From NCBI RefSeq assembly GCF_001194135.2, contig NC_069005.1:19455338-19519337 (forward strand): 64,000 nt of DNA, written 5' to 3'. Under the pieces are notes generated by a model. That model saw only the letters and a list, made by a program, of their open reading frames with translations. It had not been told where the DNA came from and ran no database searches. This document shows positions 24,953-37,719 of the stretch, piece by piece; the first letter of the stretch is position 1, and the number at the start of each line of letters is the position of its first letter. Made by a program: the position numbers and the translations under genes. Source of the DNA: Octopus bimaculoides. Lineage: Eukaryota.

Positions 24953-25174
24953 ATGGCTTCCGTGATGTTCAGTGCTCCGAGTTCTGGCTCTCAGTTTCAC
25001 TTAGTCATTTATCTACTGGTATATCTTTTTTCTCTGACATTATCTTTAAGAGTCCAAGACTCGGAGACCCGCCAGGTACGATGCCTCTCTGGTATGTGGA
25101 ACTTCAGAGCAGATTATTCTGCAAAAAGAACAGAAGGGTTCAAGTCGAAATGGTACTCGAAGCCTTTATGGCAG
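24953..25174 (+). CDS. GUSB: Beta-glucuronidase exon 1 (signal peptide + SETRQVRCLSGMWNFRAD...WYSKPLWQ)
   Basis: ATG at 24953, hydrophobic stretch HLVIYLLVYLFSLTLS, GH2 N-terminal motif LxGxWxFRAD, donor CAG|GTAAGT; 222 nt phase 0. Confidence 0.9.
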
Positions 25175-25949
25175 GTAAGTTGACTTGACAACAGTTGTGG
25201 TAAATATAGCATAGCAAGCAAATATTAAATTTTTGTTGATAAATTTTTTCTTCTTTTTCTCATTGGTATAACTAATAATTTTACCTCAGGTAAAGTTGTC
25301 GAATATAATAATGATAATAATAATAATAGCTCTTTCTAGCACAACTCCTGAAACTTTGTAGGGTGGAGCAAGTTGATTACATCAACTTCAGTACTCGACC
25401 TGTACTTATTTTATCTACCCCGAAAGGACGAAAGATAATAATAACGATAATCAGAGGCTTATCGTATACAGTACAAGGTGCAGTGCATGAACAACACCCT
25501 CCGCTACAATGCGGAAGAGACCACATACAAAACAACCTGCTACATTCACTCAATTTATAAATAAATTATCGTTTTACTTAAGCCATTACCAAGATTAAAT
25601 AAACTGATTTAATTGCCATTTTGTGGTATGTTTTGTAAACATAAAGCCACACACCTTGGAATATTTGTTGATATTTTGGGGTTCCACGCATTTAGTGTAA
25701 ATAAAACTCTATGAAACGATGAGAGCCTATGATGACAGAGATTAATTAAATTAACTTTACTGTTTTTTAGTATATTTTATAAACAATAAAGTCCTTTCTG
25801 TTTTGTACTATAAGTCGTTGTTTATGTACAAATTCGACAAGTTTATTATAATCTTGCGTGGATTAAGGTTTTTTTTTTTTTATTGATGAGCGACAAAATA
25901 TTCATAAATATCAATAGTGATGGTTTGCTATGGGGCGGTGGTGAGCACG

Positions 25950-25981
<32 letters not shown>

Positions 25982-28074
25982 GCTGCCAATATAATAATAA
26001 TAACAATCCTTTCTACTATAAGCACAATGCCTGAAATTTTGAGGGAGGGGACTAGTCGATTACATCGACCCCAGTGTTTCATTGGTGCTTATTTTATCGA
26101 TCTCGAAAGGGTGAAAGGCAAAGTCGACCTTGATGTAATTTGAACTCAGAACGTAAAAAAACAGACGAAATAATAATAGCAACAACAACAGTGATCCTGT
26201 CTGTTTTAGGCACAAGACCTGAGATTCATGAGGAAAGGGGTAGTCGGTTATATCGATCCTAGTACTTGACTTGTATTCATTTTATTGACTCTGAAAAGAT
26301 GAAAGGCGAAATCAACTTCAGCGGAATTTGAACGCAGAACTTAAAGGCGGAATTGTGGTCGCATTCTTTTGATAGCCGTACATGAAGAGTAAAAGTATTT
26401 CTTCGGCAATTTTTCGACAAAATTATTGAAAAATTTTCCAACTGAATCGCTTACGTTTATGTATTTTTTGTGTATGTGTTTTGCGTTTATATGTGTATAT
26501 ACGTATATTTGTGTATGTAAGTACTGTATATGCATGTGAACATGTGTATTTACAAATATACATGTATATACACATACATACACAAATATACATACACAAA
26601 TATACATACACACACAAAACACGACTGAACTGAAAAAAATTAAAGAAATAAATAAACATGGGGCAGACTTTTTAAAGTTTAAAAAAAATTAACTGCGGTG
26701 CCCCAGTATGGCCACAGCTTTGAGCTGAAACTGATAAAACAAAACAATGCATACACAAATATACATACATGAGGCACACAAACATACATATACTTACATA
26801 CAAAAATATACATACATACAAAAATATACATACATACAGACAGACAGAGTATTAGTTCAGGTTTATACCTGTAATTATAGGGACACTGGGATATGTAACC
26901 AGAAAGGAGAAAGTTGATTTGAAGACTACAGATCCAAGCCATCACTGGAACTATAAAAATCTGTGAAATTTTCCAGAAGTTCATCATTTAAGTATACATA
27001 AGCATGTTAAGATATGCATGAGAAGACATACATAAGACAAAACAAACAAATCTGCACACACACATACATACATATATATATACAAAAATAACCCTGTTGA
27101 TGTTGTTGAAATTTCCAATGAAGGAGCCTTGGATTTAGGTTAGAAACCAGGGATCTATTTTAAAACGGGGTCACCAGTTTTCATTTATGCTTTATGTAGT
27201 GTTTTTGGTACCGAAAGACTTTCAAACTTCGTATACTTATCTATTTTGTGTTATAGAACAGAAAAAAAATTTTGTATTCGAATTTATTTCATGTAAAAAA
27301 TTGTCTTATTTCGATAATTTCAACCAATCACTGACAAGTATTTAGTTGTTTATATTTACTCCTTTGGCTGATTAAGCGATGTAAAGCGCATTTAATCTCC
27401 ATAGCTTCGTTTGGAAGAAATTTAAAAAGATCCTTTTTCGTTCATAAATTTTGTTGATTAAATTCACTTCCATGTTCTCATTAATATTTGAATTAATGAG
27501 GGCAGCAAGCTAGTAGAATGGTCAGTGTATTGGACAAAATCCTTAGCAGCACTTCTTCCAGCTCTTTATGTTCTGAGTTCAAATCTGACTAAGTCGACAT
27601 TGTCTTTCATCTTTTCGAGATCGATTAAATAAAGTACCAATTGAGTACTGGGGTTGATGTAATTAACTTATCCCCTTCCCTGAACTTGCTGGCCTTGTGT
27701 CAGAATTTGAAACCAATATGTGCCATAGTAAATTTATGAATATTACAATTTTACTGTATTCACAAAATTATTAGAATTACCTCCACTGGAAAGTATCACC
27801 CTGAGGTACCTGCAGATACAAAAAGACACGCATGGACGCATGCGTGTGTGTATACATACATGCATGTTCAGGTGTATCTGTAAGTTGTGTGTGTGTCTTT
27901 CTGTATCTGCAGGTGCCCCAGAGTGCATATCAACATATAAATACATATATTTCCACTAATACATCTGTTACAATTTTTCTATATACAACTGTATTGACTT
28001 TCTTATTGTTGATGCAGTTCCCTATATAGGCATAAATGTAATTCTTTCCCAAATAAATTGCACTGTATATTCAA

Positions 28075-28155
28075 GGCTCTGATGAAGCCATAAGGTGTTA
28101 TACAGGCACTCAACTATGAGGCCACTGCATCTTAAAGCAGAAACAGCTATAAGCT
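28075..28155 (+). ncRNA. Minimal Type-I hammerhead ribozyme-like motif, copy 2 (more degenerate)
   Basis: GGCT-CTGATGA-A-GCCATAAG...CTTAAAGC-A-GAAAC-AGCT-ATA-AGCT; homologous to copy 1. GUA changed to AUA, two mismatches in helix II. Confidence 0.5.
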
Positions 28156-29319
28156 GATGAATTCATAAGATAATCACTTATTCTTTTGTCATCTCTCTTT
28201 CTTATTACTGTTCTATACGCGGGTAACACTTTATTCTGAAACATAAATATTATTGAGTTAAACACCAGGTTATTAGTCTTGAAATGCGTAAGCGAAATAT
28301 ATATATATATATATATTTCACTCTTATATACTCGTTTAAAATCAGCACTTCATGTGGACTTTTAAGCTAGCTCCTTTGGAGGGCTAATTGGACCTACAGC
28401 CCAAAACTAAAGAGAGTGATAATAATAAAGCATTTATTGGTACCGTACCAATATGGTATTACTTTAAATTCAGTTTCAATGAAAAACTTGTAACATCACA
28501 AATTTTTGGTTCTTTTAAAATTTAAATAGATGTATGTGTGTATGTATTATATGTATGTATATATGTATTGTGACTTTGTGTTTGTCACCCACCATTATTG
28601 ATAACTGGTTTTGTTGTGTTTATGTTCACGTAACTTAGTGATTTGGTAAAAGAGGCCAATAAAAAATACCAGGCATAAAAAAGAAAGAACTGGTGTTGAT
28701 TCATTTGATTAAAATTCTTCAAGGTGGTACCCCAGTGTGGCTGCAGTCTGATGACTGGAAAAGATAAAAGGACCACTAAATTCCTTACTAAAAATTAAAG
28801 CTAAGGAAGGTAACTCTTCTACTTCTCACGGTCACTTTACCTGCTAGAAATAGAACTCAAATGCTTTTAAATCAGATCCTAATGCTAGATGTTCAAGAAC
28901 CAAATGAAGGGCAGATTTTCAATCCTGGGACCATCCTGATTCCAAAAAGGTATAATATGTCTATGTAGAGCAAATGTAGACTGAGATACAGGGTTCCCAG
29001 ACAGACAGACAATTTTGCTTTTATTAATATAGATATGTATACATATATACAATATATATACATATATATAAGTCACACTATATGGATTCAAATAATCTAG
29101 TAGTACTCGTAAAGAAAGCTCTTTAATGTATCATTCTACAAAACATATAAAATATAAAAGTTATGAAACAATTTGTCGTGATATTTGAACATTCATATTG
29201 TTAAATAAAATTTCATCAAACTATTTCTCTGTCATTTATGACTTTATAATATATATATATGTGACACATGTATATATATATATATATATACATACACACA
29301 CACACACACNNNNNNNNNN

Positions 29320-29370
<51 letters not shown>

Positions 29371-32043
29371 CAGACAGACAGAGTGAGCTTAGTGGATAGG
29401 ATGTTGGACTCATGATTGTAAGATTGAGGTTTTGATTCTTGGACTGACCAATGCATTGTGTTCTTGAGCAAAGCACTTCATTTCACATTGCTCCACTCCA
29501 CTCAGCTGGTAAAGATGAGTAACCTTGCGATGGACAAGTGTCCTGTCCAGGGAGGGGAATATGCCAGAGAAACTGGGAAAACTGGCCTTATTCTCCGTAC
29601 AGAGTAATGTGCACTAAGCATATATATANNNNNNNNNNNNNNNNNNNNNNNNNNNNNNNNNNNNNNNNNNNNNNNNNNNNNNNNNNNNNNNNNNNNNNNN
29701 NNNNNNNNNNNNNNNNNNNNNNNNNNNNNNNNNNNNNNNNNNNNNNNNNNNNNNNNNNNNNNNNNNNNNNNNNNNNNNNNNNNNNNNNNNNNNNNNNNNN
29801 NNNNNNNNNNNNNNNNNNNNNNNNNNNNNNNNNNNNNNNNTGTGTGTGTGTGTGTGTGTGTATATATATAGAGAGAGAGAGAGAAAGAAAGAGAGAGATC
29901 AAGTATATAAAAAAATTTTTTAAGATTTCTTCAAATATATAATTGTAAAAAATGGAAACAATTTATAATAAAAGGGTGAATGACTGATAAGTTGTTGGCT
30001 TATAAACAGACCAGCTACTTCTGTCTGTCTGTGTCAATATTAAAAATATGCTTGTTTTGTTATGGGGTGGGGAGGTATATTTAGACTTATTCAGTGGTTC
30101 TCCGATGTAATCAAGACCATTGCTTTGCTAGATGTGTTGAAACGACCTGACCCCCTCACCCATGAGTAATGGTTCTTTTTTTTTTTATCTCGAGGAGAAA
30201 AGTGAAATAACTAACATTCGTCAAATCTGCCATTCTGATACATTACACCATTTTACTTTGAGTAAATTATGTTGTCTGCTACATGGTGCTTTCAATCAGC
30301 TAGAAACAACAGCTTACTCTCTCTCTTAAATTGCATCCTATTGTTTATGTGGGATATATAAGATAATGTAGTCCTAGATGAACTGTGTCTGAAAAAGAAA
30401 AAAAGATGAGATAAATATGGTTGGAATGCTATTGATCATATAGTAACCTGATGCAGGTTGACCTGGGGCTAAATGACAACAACAACAAATGAAGAAACCA
30501 CTGTATGGTCACTCAATCTACTAGAAATAACAGCCAAATCTCTTAAGTTGCATAATATTGTCTTCATTAAAGTAAAAGATGTTGGCCACTATAGTTGTCT
30601 TGATATACAAAAAGGTAGGATGGTCACGGCTGGCATGCTTGTAATCACAAGTATGCTTGATCAGAGATAATCTGGGGGTTAAACAACAACAACAACAACA
30701 GTCTTTTGTGTGATGGAAAGTAAAGTCTACTCTGATGGAGATTGAACTCAGGATGTAGAGGGAGAAAACTGAATACAGCAAGATGTTTAGTCCTCTGGTC
30801 TATTAATTCTGCCAACCATTGCCCTCCTCTCACTGAATATTAGTCTCTGACATCGGCCAAGGGTGGTTGTTAGGTGACAGGTATTGAACTACCTATTCAC
30901 AGATGAGGAAGAGTGGTGGTTGTTGCGTGCGCGGACAGTATGCTGAATGCACTTTTGCCAAGGGATAAGAAGCCAAACGGACACAATGCCGAATGAACAT
31001 AAAGTCGAATGGACACAATGCTAAACAGACATAAAGATGAATGGACACAATAATATAAAAAAAACATTCCTACCTACATAATTTAATGACCAATTCACCA
31101 ATTTGGTACTTAAATCTTAAGAAAATGAGATTAAAAATAGTTAATCTTGAAAACATCTTTCTCTAATAGATAAAAATTCTAATTGAGCAAGCTACTATAG
31201 GGATTGACATATCATGACTTAACAAAAAATATAGCATTAATGATAGGATAGAAACCATTTATGGTTCTTATAATAAAGAAGGATTGGTGTTTCTACAATC
31301 TTTGGCTCACGATTTTTAAATATTCTTAATTATTTTTGTCTTGTACATTTTAATATGTCAATTGTAATAATTTTAAATTAAACATTTGACCACATTATTT
31401 TTGTATGTTTACATTGTAAATACAGTAAAGAAACCTATTTGATAAGTGGTTTTATGTATCTATTTTTTTCTACATTTTAGTCTGTCAAATGGTCATATTG
31501 TAGGAATAAAATGGGATCGAGTTGGTTTGGCTGCCAGCATCAATTCTGTTCGAATTGATTTCATATTCAGTGTAATGATACACTTTTATTGGCTAATGAA
31601 TAACATGAAACTCATTTTTGCTATAAATCAATAAATAAAGAGTTATTAGCAATTAAAGTTTGAAAATTTTGAAAATATACAGATATCTCCATGTATAGTA
31701 TCCGCATATATGCATGTATGTCCATCAATGTATTCTCACATACAATACACCTTACAAGTGTATATCTTGATTTTGAGTACGTAACAGATATATTTAATAT
31801 ACTATTCTCAATAGATTGAGTTATATATATTTTTAAAAAATTTTAAAAGTTTTTTTGTGATTGGAGAGATTTCAAGTCTATCTACTTGTGTAAATTATAA
31901 ATGGGGTCAGAATCTAGCTAGGTGGAAGTAAATTGAATAAGTAAGTAGTTGGGGCTAAGCCCAGGAGTTGTTAATTCAATGCTTGAACAGTGGCAGGAGG
32001 GAGCAGATGAGGGAATTTCCAATGAGAGAAGATCATGAAGGGA

Positions 32044-32472
32044 TTAAAATTGATAATGGATAGTCAATTTATGCATACAAGTTGGTTTGAATTCCGATCT
32101 TTTATCAATTAGCTTGTCCTTATCAGGGAATCTAATGATTTTCAAGAGTTCTAAGGAACATAACTGGCAACCAGTTCTATTATTTTTATAAATCACTGCT
32201 GATCTAACTATGGACCATCTAAGGTTAAAGTTAATATTTTTGTCTTTAAGTTCCCATATCCTACGTGATAAGGAAGTGCTATAAGCCTTATGTTTGAGTT
32301 TAAATGATGACCTATGGTTATAGAACCTAAATTTCCAAGTGGATGAACAACCAAGGTAGGTGAGAGTATTCGATTCAAGATAGGTGAGAGATTCGATTGA
32401 ATCGAATACTCTCACCTACCTTGCTTGTTCATCCACCTGGAAATCTAGGTTCTATAGCCATAGGTCATCATT
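32044..32472 (-). mobile_element. Penelope-like element fragment (GIY-YIG endonuclease C-terminus) with inverted 5' duplication
   Basis: ORF 32044-32415: FYNHRSSFK...STSLSRRIWELK...NLRWSI...CQLCSLE...KRSE...CMH, typical of PLE GIY-YIG ends. Confidence 0.8.
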
Positions 32473-32610
32473 GCCAAAAGAGACCGATAAAATAAGTACC
32501 AGAATAAGTCCTGGGATCAATTTCTTTGACTAAAAGGTGGTGCTCCAGCATGGCCACAGTCAAACAACTGAAACAAATAAAAGAATAGAATATATATGTA
32601 ATTCTTTTTT

Positions 32611-33271
32611 CGGATCTATTTTAAAACGGGGGCCACAGTTTTCATTAATGTTTTACGTAGTGTTTTTGGTACTGAAAGACTTTCAAACTTCGTATACTTA
32701 TCTATTTTGTGTTATAGAACAGAAAAATATTTTTGTATTCGAATTTATTTCATGTAAAAAATTGTCTTATTTCGATAATTTCAACCAATCACTGACAAGT
32801 ATTTAGTTGTTTACATTTACTCCTTTGGCTGATTAAGCGGTGTAAAGCGTATTTAATCTCCATAGCTTCGTTTTATTTGCTTTTTTCGTTTTCTTTTTTT
32901 TTTCTTCGTTTTATTTGCTTTTTTCTTTTTAAATTTGCTGTTTTACCCTAACCCTAACCTTAGGGTTAGGGTTAGCCTATAATAGAAAGGTTTATTAGCT
33001 ACTGCCAATATGCTTCAGCCATTTTTTGACAAGGAAATAATAATTTTATCACCGATAGAATTGTTTCAGAATCGTTTGTTTATGTAGTCGGCACTTAATG
33101 TATATCGGCTGAATGGACGTCAGTGATTGGTTGAAATTACAGAAATACGACAACTTTAACATGGAATAACTTAGGGATTTCTTTTTTTTTAAGAAGACTA
33201 AGAGAAAAAGATGTTTTATATGACACATTCTACCAGTGTTCCAAGTTTCAAAGTGTTTTAAAATAGATCCC
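32611..33271. mobile_element. Non-autonomous DNA transposon with ggatctattttaaaac TIRs; partial second copy at 27150-27412
   Basis: Terminal inverted repeats, an internal inverted block (caaccaatcactgac / gtcagtgattggttg), and ~260 bp near-identical to 27150-27412. Confidence 0.7.
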
Positions 33272-36200
33272 TTTTTTCTATTCCAAAGGGTTTTTTCAAT
33301 CCAATATTTACCTGCCACCATTTACAGATTTATATGCATTGAGATAAACTGCTCAAAAAATGAATCATTTAATGTTCTCTTGGAAATTTATAAATTCTTA
33401 TGGTGTCAATAATGCGTGTGTGTGTGTGTGTGGATGTGTGCATATGTATGTATCTATGTGTGTATGTTTGTGTTGCTTTGTCTTATAGTGGAGCTTAGAA
33501 CTGAAACCTCATTAGCACAGTAACAAGAAATAGGCCACAGTATATCAGGCAATTTCCCCTGAATTCAAGCCAATCCTATTTCAGCTACAAACATTCACTC
33601 ATACAATGTCTTGCAGAATTTTCCATGAATTTTCCCTGCCAAAACATGTCTATAAATATAGAAGCATAGAGCAGTCAATGCAGAGGCATCAGCACTCCAT
33701 GAGAAGACAAGTTTCTTGGTTGCTGCTTGCGTCATCGTCCCATTTTTCCATTTTGGTGTAATAAAATAAATTACGAGTCAGATAGTGAGGTCCATGTTAT
33801 TGATTAACCCACTTTCCCTCAAAATCATTGGCCTCGTTCCTAAATAAGAAACGATTATTAAATGCAGAAAATTCTTTTCTCTTATTTTCAATCTTCCACA
33901 GATTTACATGATATTATNNNNNNNNNNNNNNNNNNNNNNNNNNNNNNNNNNNNNNNNNNNNNNNNNNNNNNNNNNNNNNNNNNNNNNNNNNNNNNNNNNN
34001 NNNNNNNNNNNNNNNNNNNNNNNNNNNNNNNNNNNNNNNNNNNNNNNNNNNNNNNNNNNNNNNNNNNNNNTTATTTATTCATTTAAACAATTTTATTGTC
34101 TTTCCTTGTGAAGAGAGCTTATTGATAACTCTTTCATCACCATCATCATCATCATCATCATTTAACATCTGTTTTCCATTCTGGCATGACAGAACTGGCA
34201 AGGCCAAGGACCACACCAGTTTCCAGAGTCTGTTTTGATTTCTATGGCTGGATGCCCTTCCTAATGTCAAATTATTAAACATTTTTTAAATCATTAAAAA
34301 TTTAAAAAAATGTTTCTGTGTTATTATGCAGAAAGAAGTTTGCTTCCCAACCACATGGTTCTGGGTTCAGTCCCACTGTGTGGCATTTTGGGCAAGTGTC
34401 TTCTATTACAGCCTCAAGCTGACCAAAGTCTTGTGAGTGGATTTGGTTGAGAGAAACTGAAAAAAAGCCTGTTGTATGTTCGTCTTCCAGTGTCATTTGA
34501 CAACTAGTGTTTGTGTGTTTACATCCCTGTAACTTAGCAGTTTGGCAAAAGAGACCAATAGAATAAGTACCAATCTTAAAATAATAAGTACTGGGATCAA
34601 TTCATTTGACTAAGAAAATTCTCCATGGTGGTGCCCCAGCATGGCCACAGTCTAATGACTGAAACAAGTAAAAGAAAGGAAAGAGATTATTTTATGCACA
34701 GCACAACATGGACTCAGAAATATTGAAATCAATTTAAATATTTAAGTCCTTTATCTGTGATAAAGAGCAATATAAGAATATAAACACATTCTTCCTATGA
34801 TGTACAGAAAGAGGAGGGAAGTCTCCATTTTCCATTTCTCTTATGTTCTCCAAAACACGTCTCACTTCTTCTCGGAATTATCACTCATATAAGTGTGGTT
34901 ACTAATTTCTTAAGTGCTTATTTGACATTGACTATTCTAGTAACTATTTCTCCAGATCTTTCCTTGTAAATTAAACNNNNNNNNNNNNNNNNNNNNNNNN
35001 NNNNNNNNNNNNNNNNNNNNNNNNNNNNNNNNNNNNNNNNNNNNNNNNNNNNNNNNNNNNNNNNNNNNNNNNNNNNNNNNNNNNNNNNNNNNNNNNNNNT
35101 ATATACACACACATATGTATATCTATGTATATATTATATATATTTCATGTTACTCAAAGAAGTGGTGCATAGTACCAAAATTTTCGGTTCAAGTCCAATG
35201 TAACAAACTACTCCAAATTGTTTTTAGTGTTCACATAAGTAGAGTCAAGCAAGGCTGGCTAGTTTGTACTGGCATCAAATTGTATAATGTAATAATGAAG
35301 TCAAACCAAATAGTGATACTTAGAAATCATTTAATATGTATGTTTCAGCTTTGCATAATATATAATAGGAAATGCATCCATTACGAAAACCTCCTCAGTA
35401 GGAGGGTTTACATAATGGATGCATTTCAGCCTATAAGCAAACAGTGAGTGCAGGCCCATTACTACTCTCATTTAACTTTCAATAAATTTAACATGGGCCC
35501 AGCACCACTCTCTCCACTTTCGCCTTCACCACCCAGTGGACTTGGAAAACTTGGTGAGGGTTCAACTGACAAGTAATGTTTGTCCTCAGCCCTCTCTGTC
35601 ACTTCTGCTACACATTCTCTTTCATTATAGCCACTCAACAGACAAAAAGAAAAACTAGCACAAGGTCACCACAGTGGGGGTGAGAGTTGGGGTGGGATGA
35701 GGAGTTCAGGTGAAGTTGTTTGACTTAATTGATTCCCAGTATCTGTTGACTTGTACTCATTTTTGTTTTAGAAAGAAGAGATGGAAAATTGATCTGATTC
35801 AAACTCAGAACATAACTAATTGTAACTTAATAATACTGTTTGGCATTGTATTCTAAGGCTGTGCTTATTAAACCATCCACCACCATAATCATTTCAATCA
35901 TCATCATCACCATCATCATTATTTTATGCTTTCTATGCTGGCATGGGTTGGCCAGTTTGTAATGGTCTGAGTTACTTCTTATTGGGAGCAGCTATTACCA
36001 TAGACTGGTCCTCGTACCTTTCATTTAGCTTGGCTACCATGACTAGATGCCTTTTCTGCTAGCAACCTCTTTACAGAGTATATTGTGTGCATTTTGTCAT
36101 GGCACTAACACTAGAGAGATTGAATAATCCTCAACAAGACATGACAAAAAGGACTTCACAAACCTACACTTCTTTCACTTGTCTGCCACCCACTTTACAG

Positions 36201-36524
36201 TGTGTGCTAGGTGCATTTTTCATGGCATCAGCACTAAAGATATTGTCGCAATTGACAATCACTGTAATGTATATTTGTATGTGTATGTGGCGGGGTGGAG
36301 TGGGGGTGGGTGGATGTGTGTGACTTTCTGCCATGGCAGCAGCACAGGAGGGGTGCTTTGTACATGGGGAAGTAGGATTTTCTGTCATGGTTCTGCTCAA
36401 GAGGGAAGTACTTTGTACATAGTAATATAAACTATCCTGAAAAATAAAAATATCTATAAAAAAAAATCCCTCATAAATCCCTTCCTCACCCCAATAACTC
36501 CATCACTATTCTCAGTCTAATATT

Positions 36525-36905
36525 TAATATCCAGGGCTTCATTGCTTCTGGAGGAGGAACCCCTCCCTGAACTCATTCCACCACTGTCTGTCTCTGGCTA
36601 GTTGTAGCCATGTAGACCCCAGGTAACAGGTGAGATCATCTCACCATCTTTGGTTGGCCTCCTGAGCTTGTCCCTTGTCTTAGTGTCCATTCTGTCACCC
36701 TGATTGTCCATCTGTCATCCTTCAGTTGTCCATCTGTATTTGTTCTCCCTGTTAGTTCTTATGATGCTGTTGGCTCTTGGGTGCTGTCAAATCCAGGCAC
36801 TGGTTTTCTTGTCTTGTAATGTGATGCCAAGCATGATTCATTTCCTTTTCTGTTGGGCTACAATAAGGGCATTCATGATGGTAGTGTTGAGAGCCCATTT
36901 TTCAC
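36525..36905 (-). mobile_element. RTE/RTE-X-like LINE C-terminal fragment
   Basis: Minus strand EKWALNTTIMNALIVAQQKRK*IMLGITLQDKKTSAWI..., then RPTKxW-DDL...W..LARDRQWWNEFREGFLLQ. Confidence 0.7.
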
Positions 36906-36987
36906 TGCTGTAAATCACTGGCAGGATGTACTCGTTGAAAATCTTTCTCAGTATCATATGATAAATCTAAATATTATTTATTTGCAG

Positions 36988-37163
36988 TGGGTAAATTCTG
37001 AGTTTGCTTTCAACCACAGTGGTGGCCATTTACCATTTGAGGGTGATGTCACCCATTTGCTGAAGTATGACAGAGCTGAACGAGTGACAGTAGCAGTCAA
37101 CAACACCCTCTCACCAACAACACTACCACCAGGGACAATCACATATAAAACGGATAGCAAAAG
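36988..37163 (+). CDS. GUSB: Beta-glucuronidase exon (human exon 3 equivalent; WVNSEFAFNHSGGHLPFEGDV...AVNNTLSPTTLPPG)
   Basis: Acceptor tttgcag; HxGGHLPF and AVNNTL-P-TLPPG motifs; donor AG|GTTTGA; 176 nt phase 2, joining the next exon. Confidence 0.93.
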
Positions 37164-37239
37164 GTTTGAAGAATTTTGCTTGTTTTTTATTTAACTCTCT
37201 CTCTCACCAACCTCATACTCTTGCAAACTTACTTTATCC

Positions 37240-37367
37240 TCTGCCCCTTTCTGTGCCCTGCCCCTTTCTGTGCCCTGCCCCTTTTAGTGCCCTTCCCCTT
37301 TTAGTGCTCTGCCCCTTTTAGTGCCCTTCCCCTTTTAGTGCCCTGCCCCTTTTAGTGCCCTTCCCCT
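37240..37367. repeat. 17-bp C-rich minisatellite
   Basis: About 7 units of gccctgccccttttagt. Confidence 0.9.
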
Positions 37368-37455
37368 GTTCCTCTGTTGAGTAGTTGGCATTAGGAAAGT
37401 CATCCAACCAAAGAAAACATGCCAAAGCAGACACTGGAGTTTGGTGCAGTCTTGC

Positions 37456-37719
37456 TGTTATGTTTCCCTCGGGTGACTCGCAGAGATAACACAACGAGTT
37501 ATACAATTTAATTATTACATTTATTGTTCAATTACATACAAAGAACGCACTCACCCAATGTTCGTTATGAATAAACAAAAGTCATGTCCGCCATATATAT
37601 ATCAATGACATTTTACTACGACAGTCCCACAAGACAACAACAATGAAACAATGAACTCAGACGAACCACATGACACACAGAACGTCAGACGAATTACATA
37701 TCTAACAGTCCATATAACA
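37456..37719 (-). mobile_element. Solo LTR (264 bp)
   Basis: TGTTAT...ATAACA termini, perfect 5-bp TSD CTTGC (37451-55 and 37720-24), AATAAA on the minus strand; interrupts another repeat. Confidence 0.8.

Noticed and set aside
32935-32978. Telomere fusion site
   Set aside because: Wrong polarity for a fusion, only ~2.5 units per side, and embedded in a transposon.
33860-33917. Acceptor-like cttccacag just before an N gap as the start of GUSB exon 2
   Set aside because: The following bases translate IYMIL, not the expected G-P-x-x-x-MPVP.
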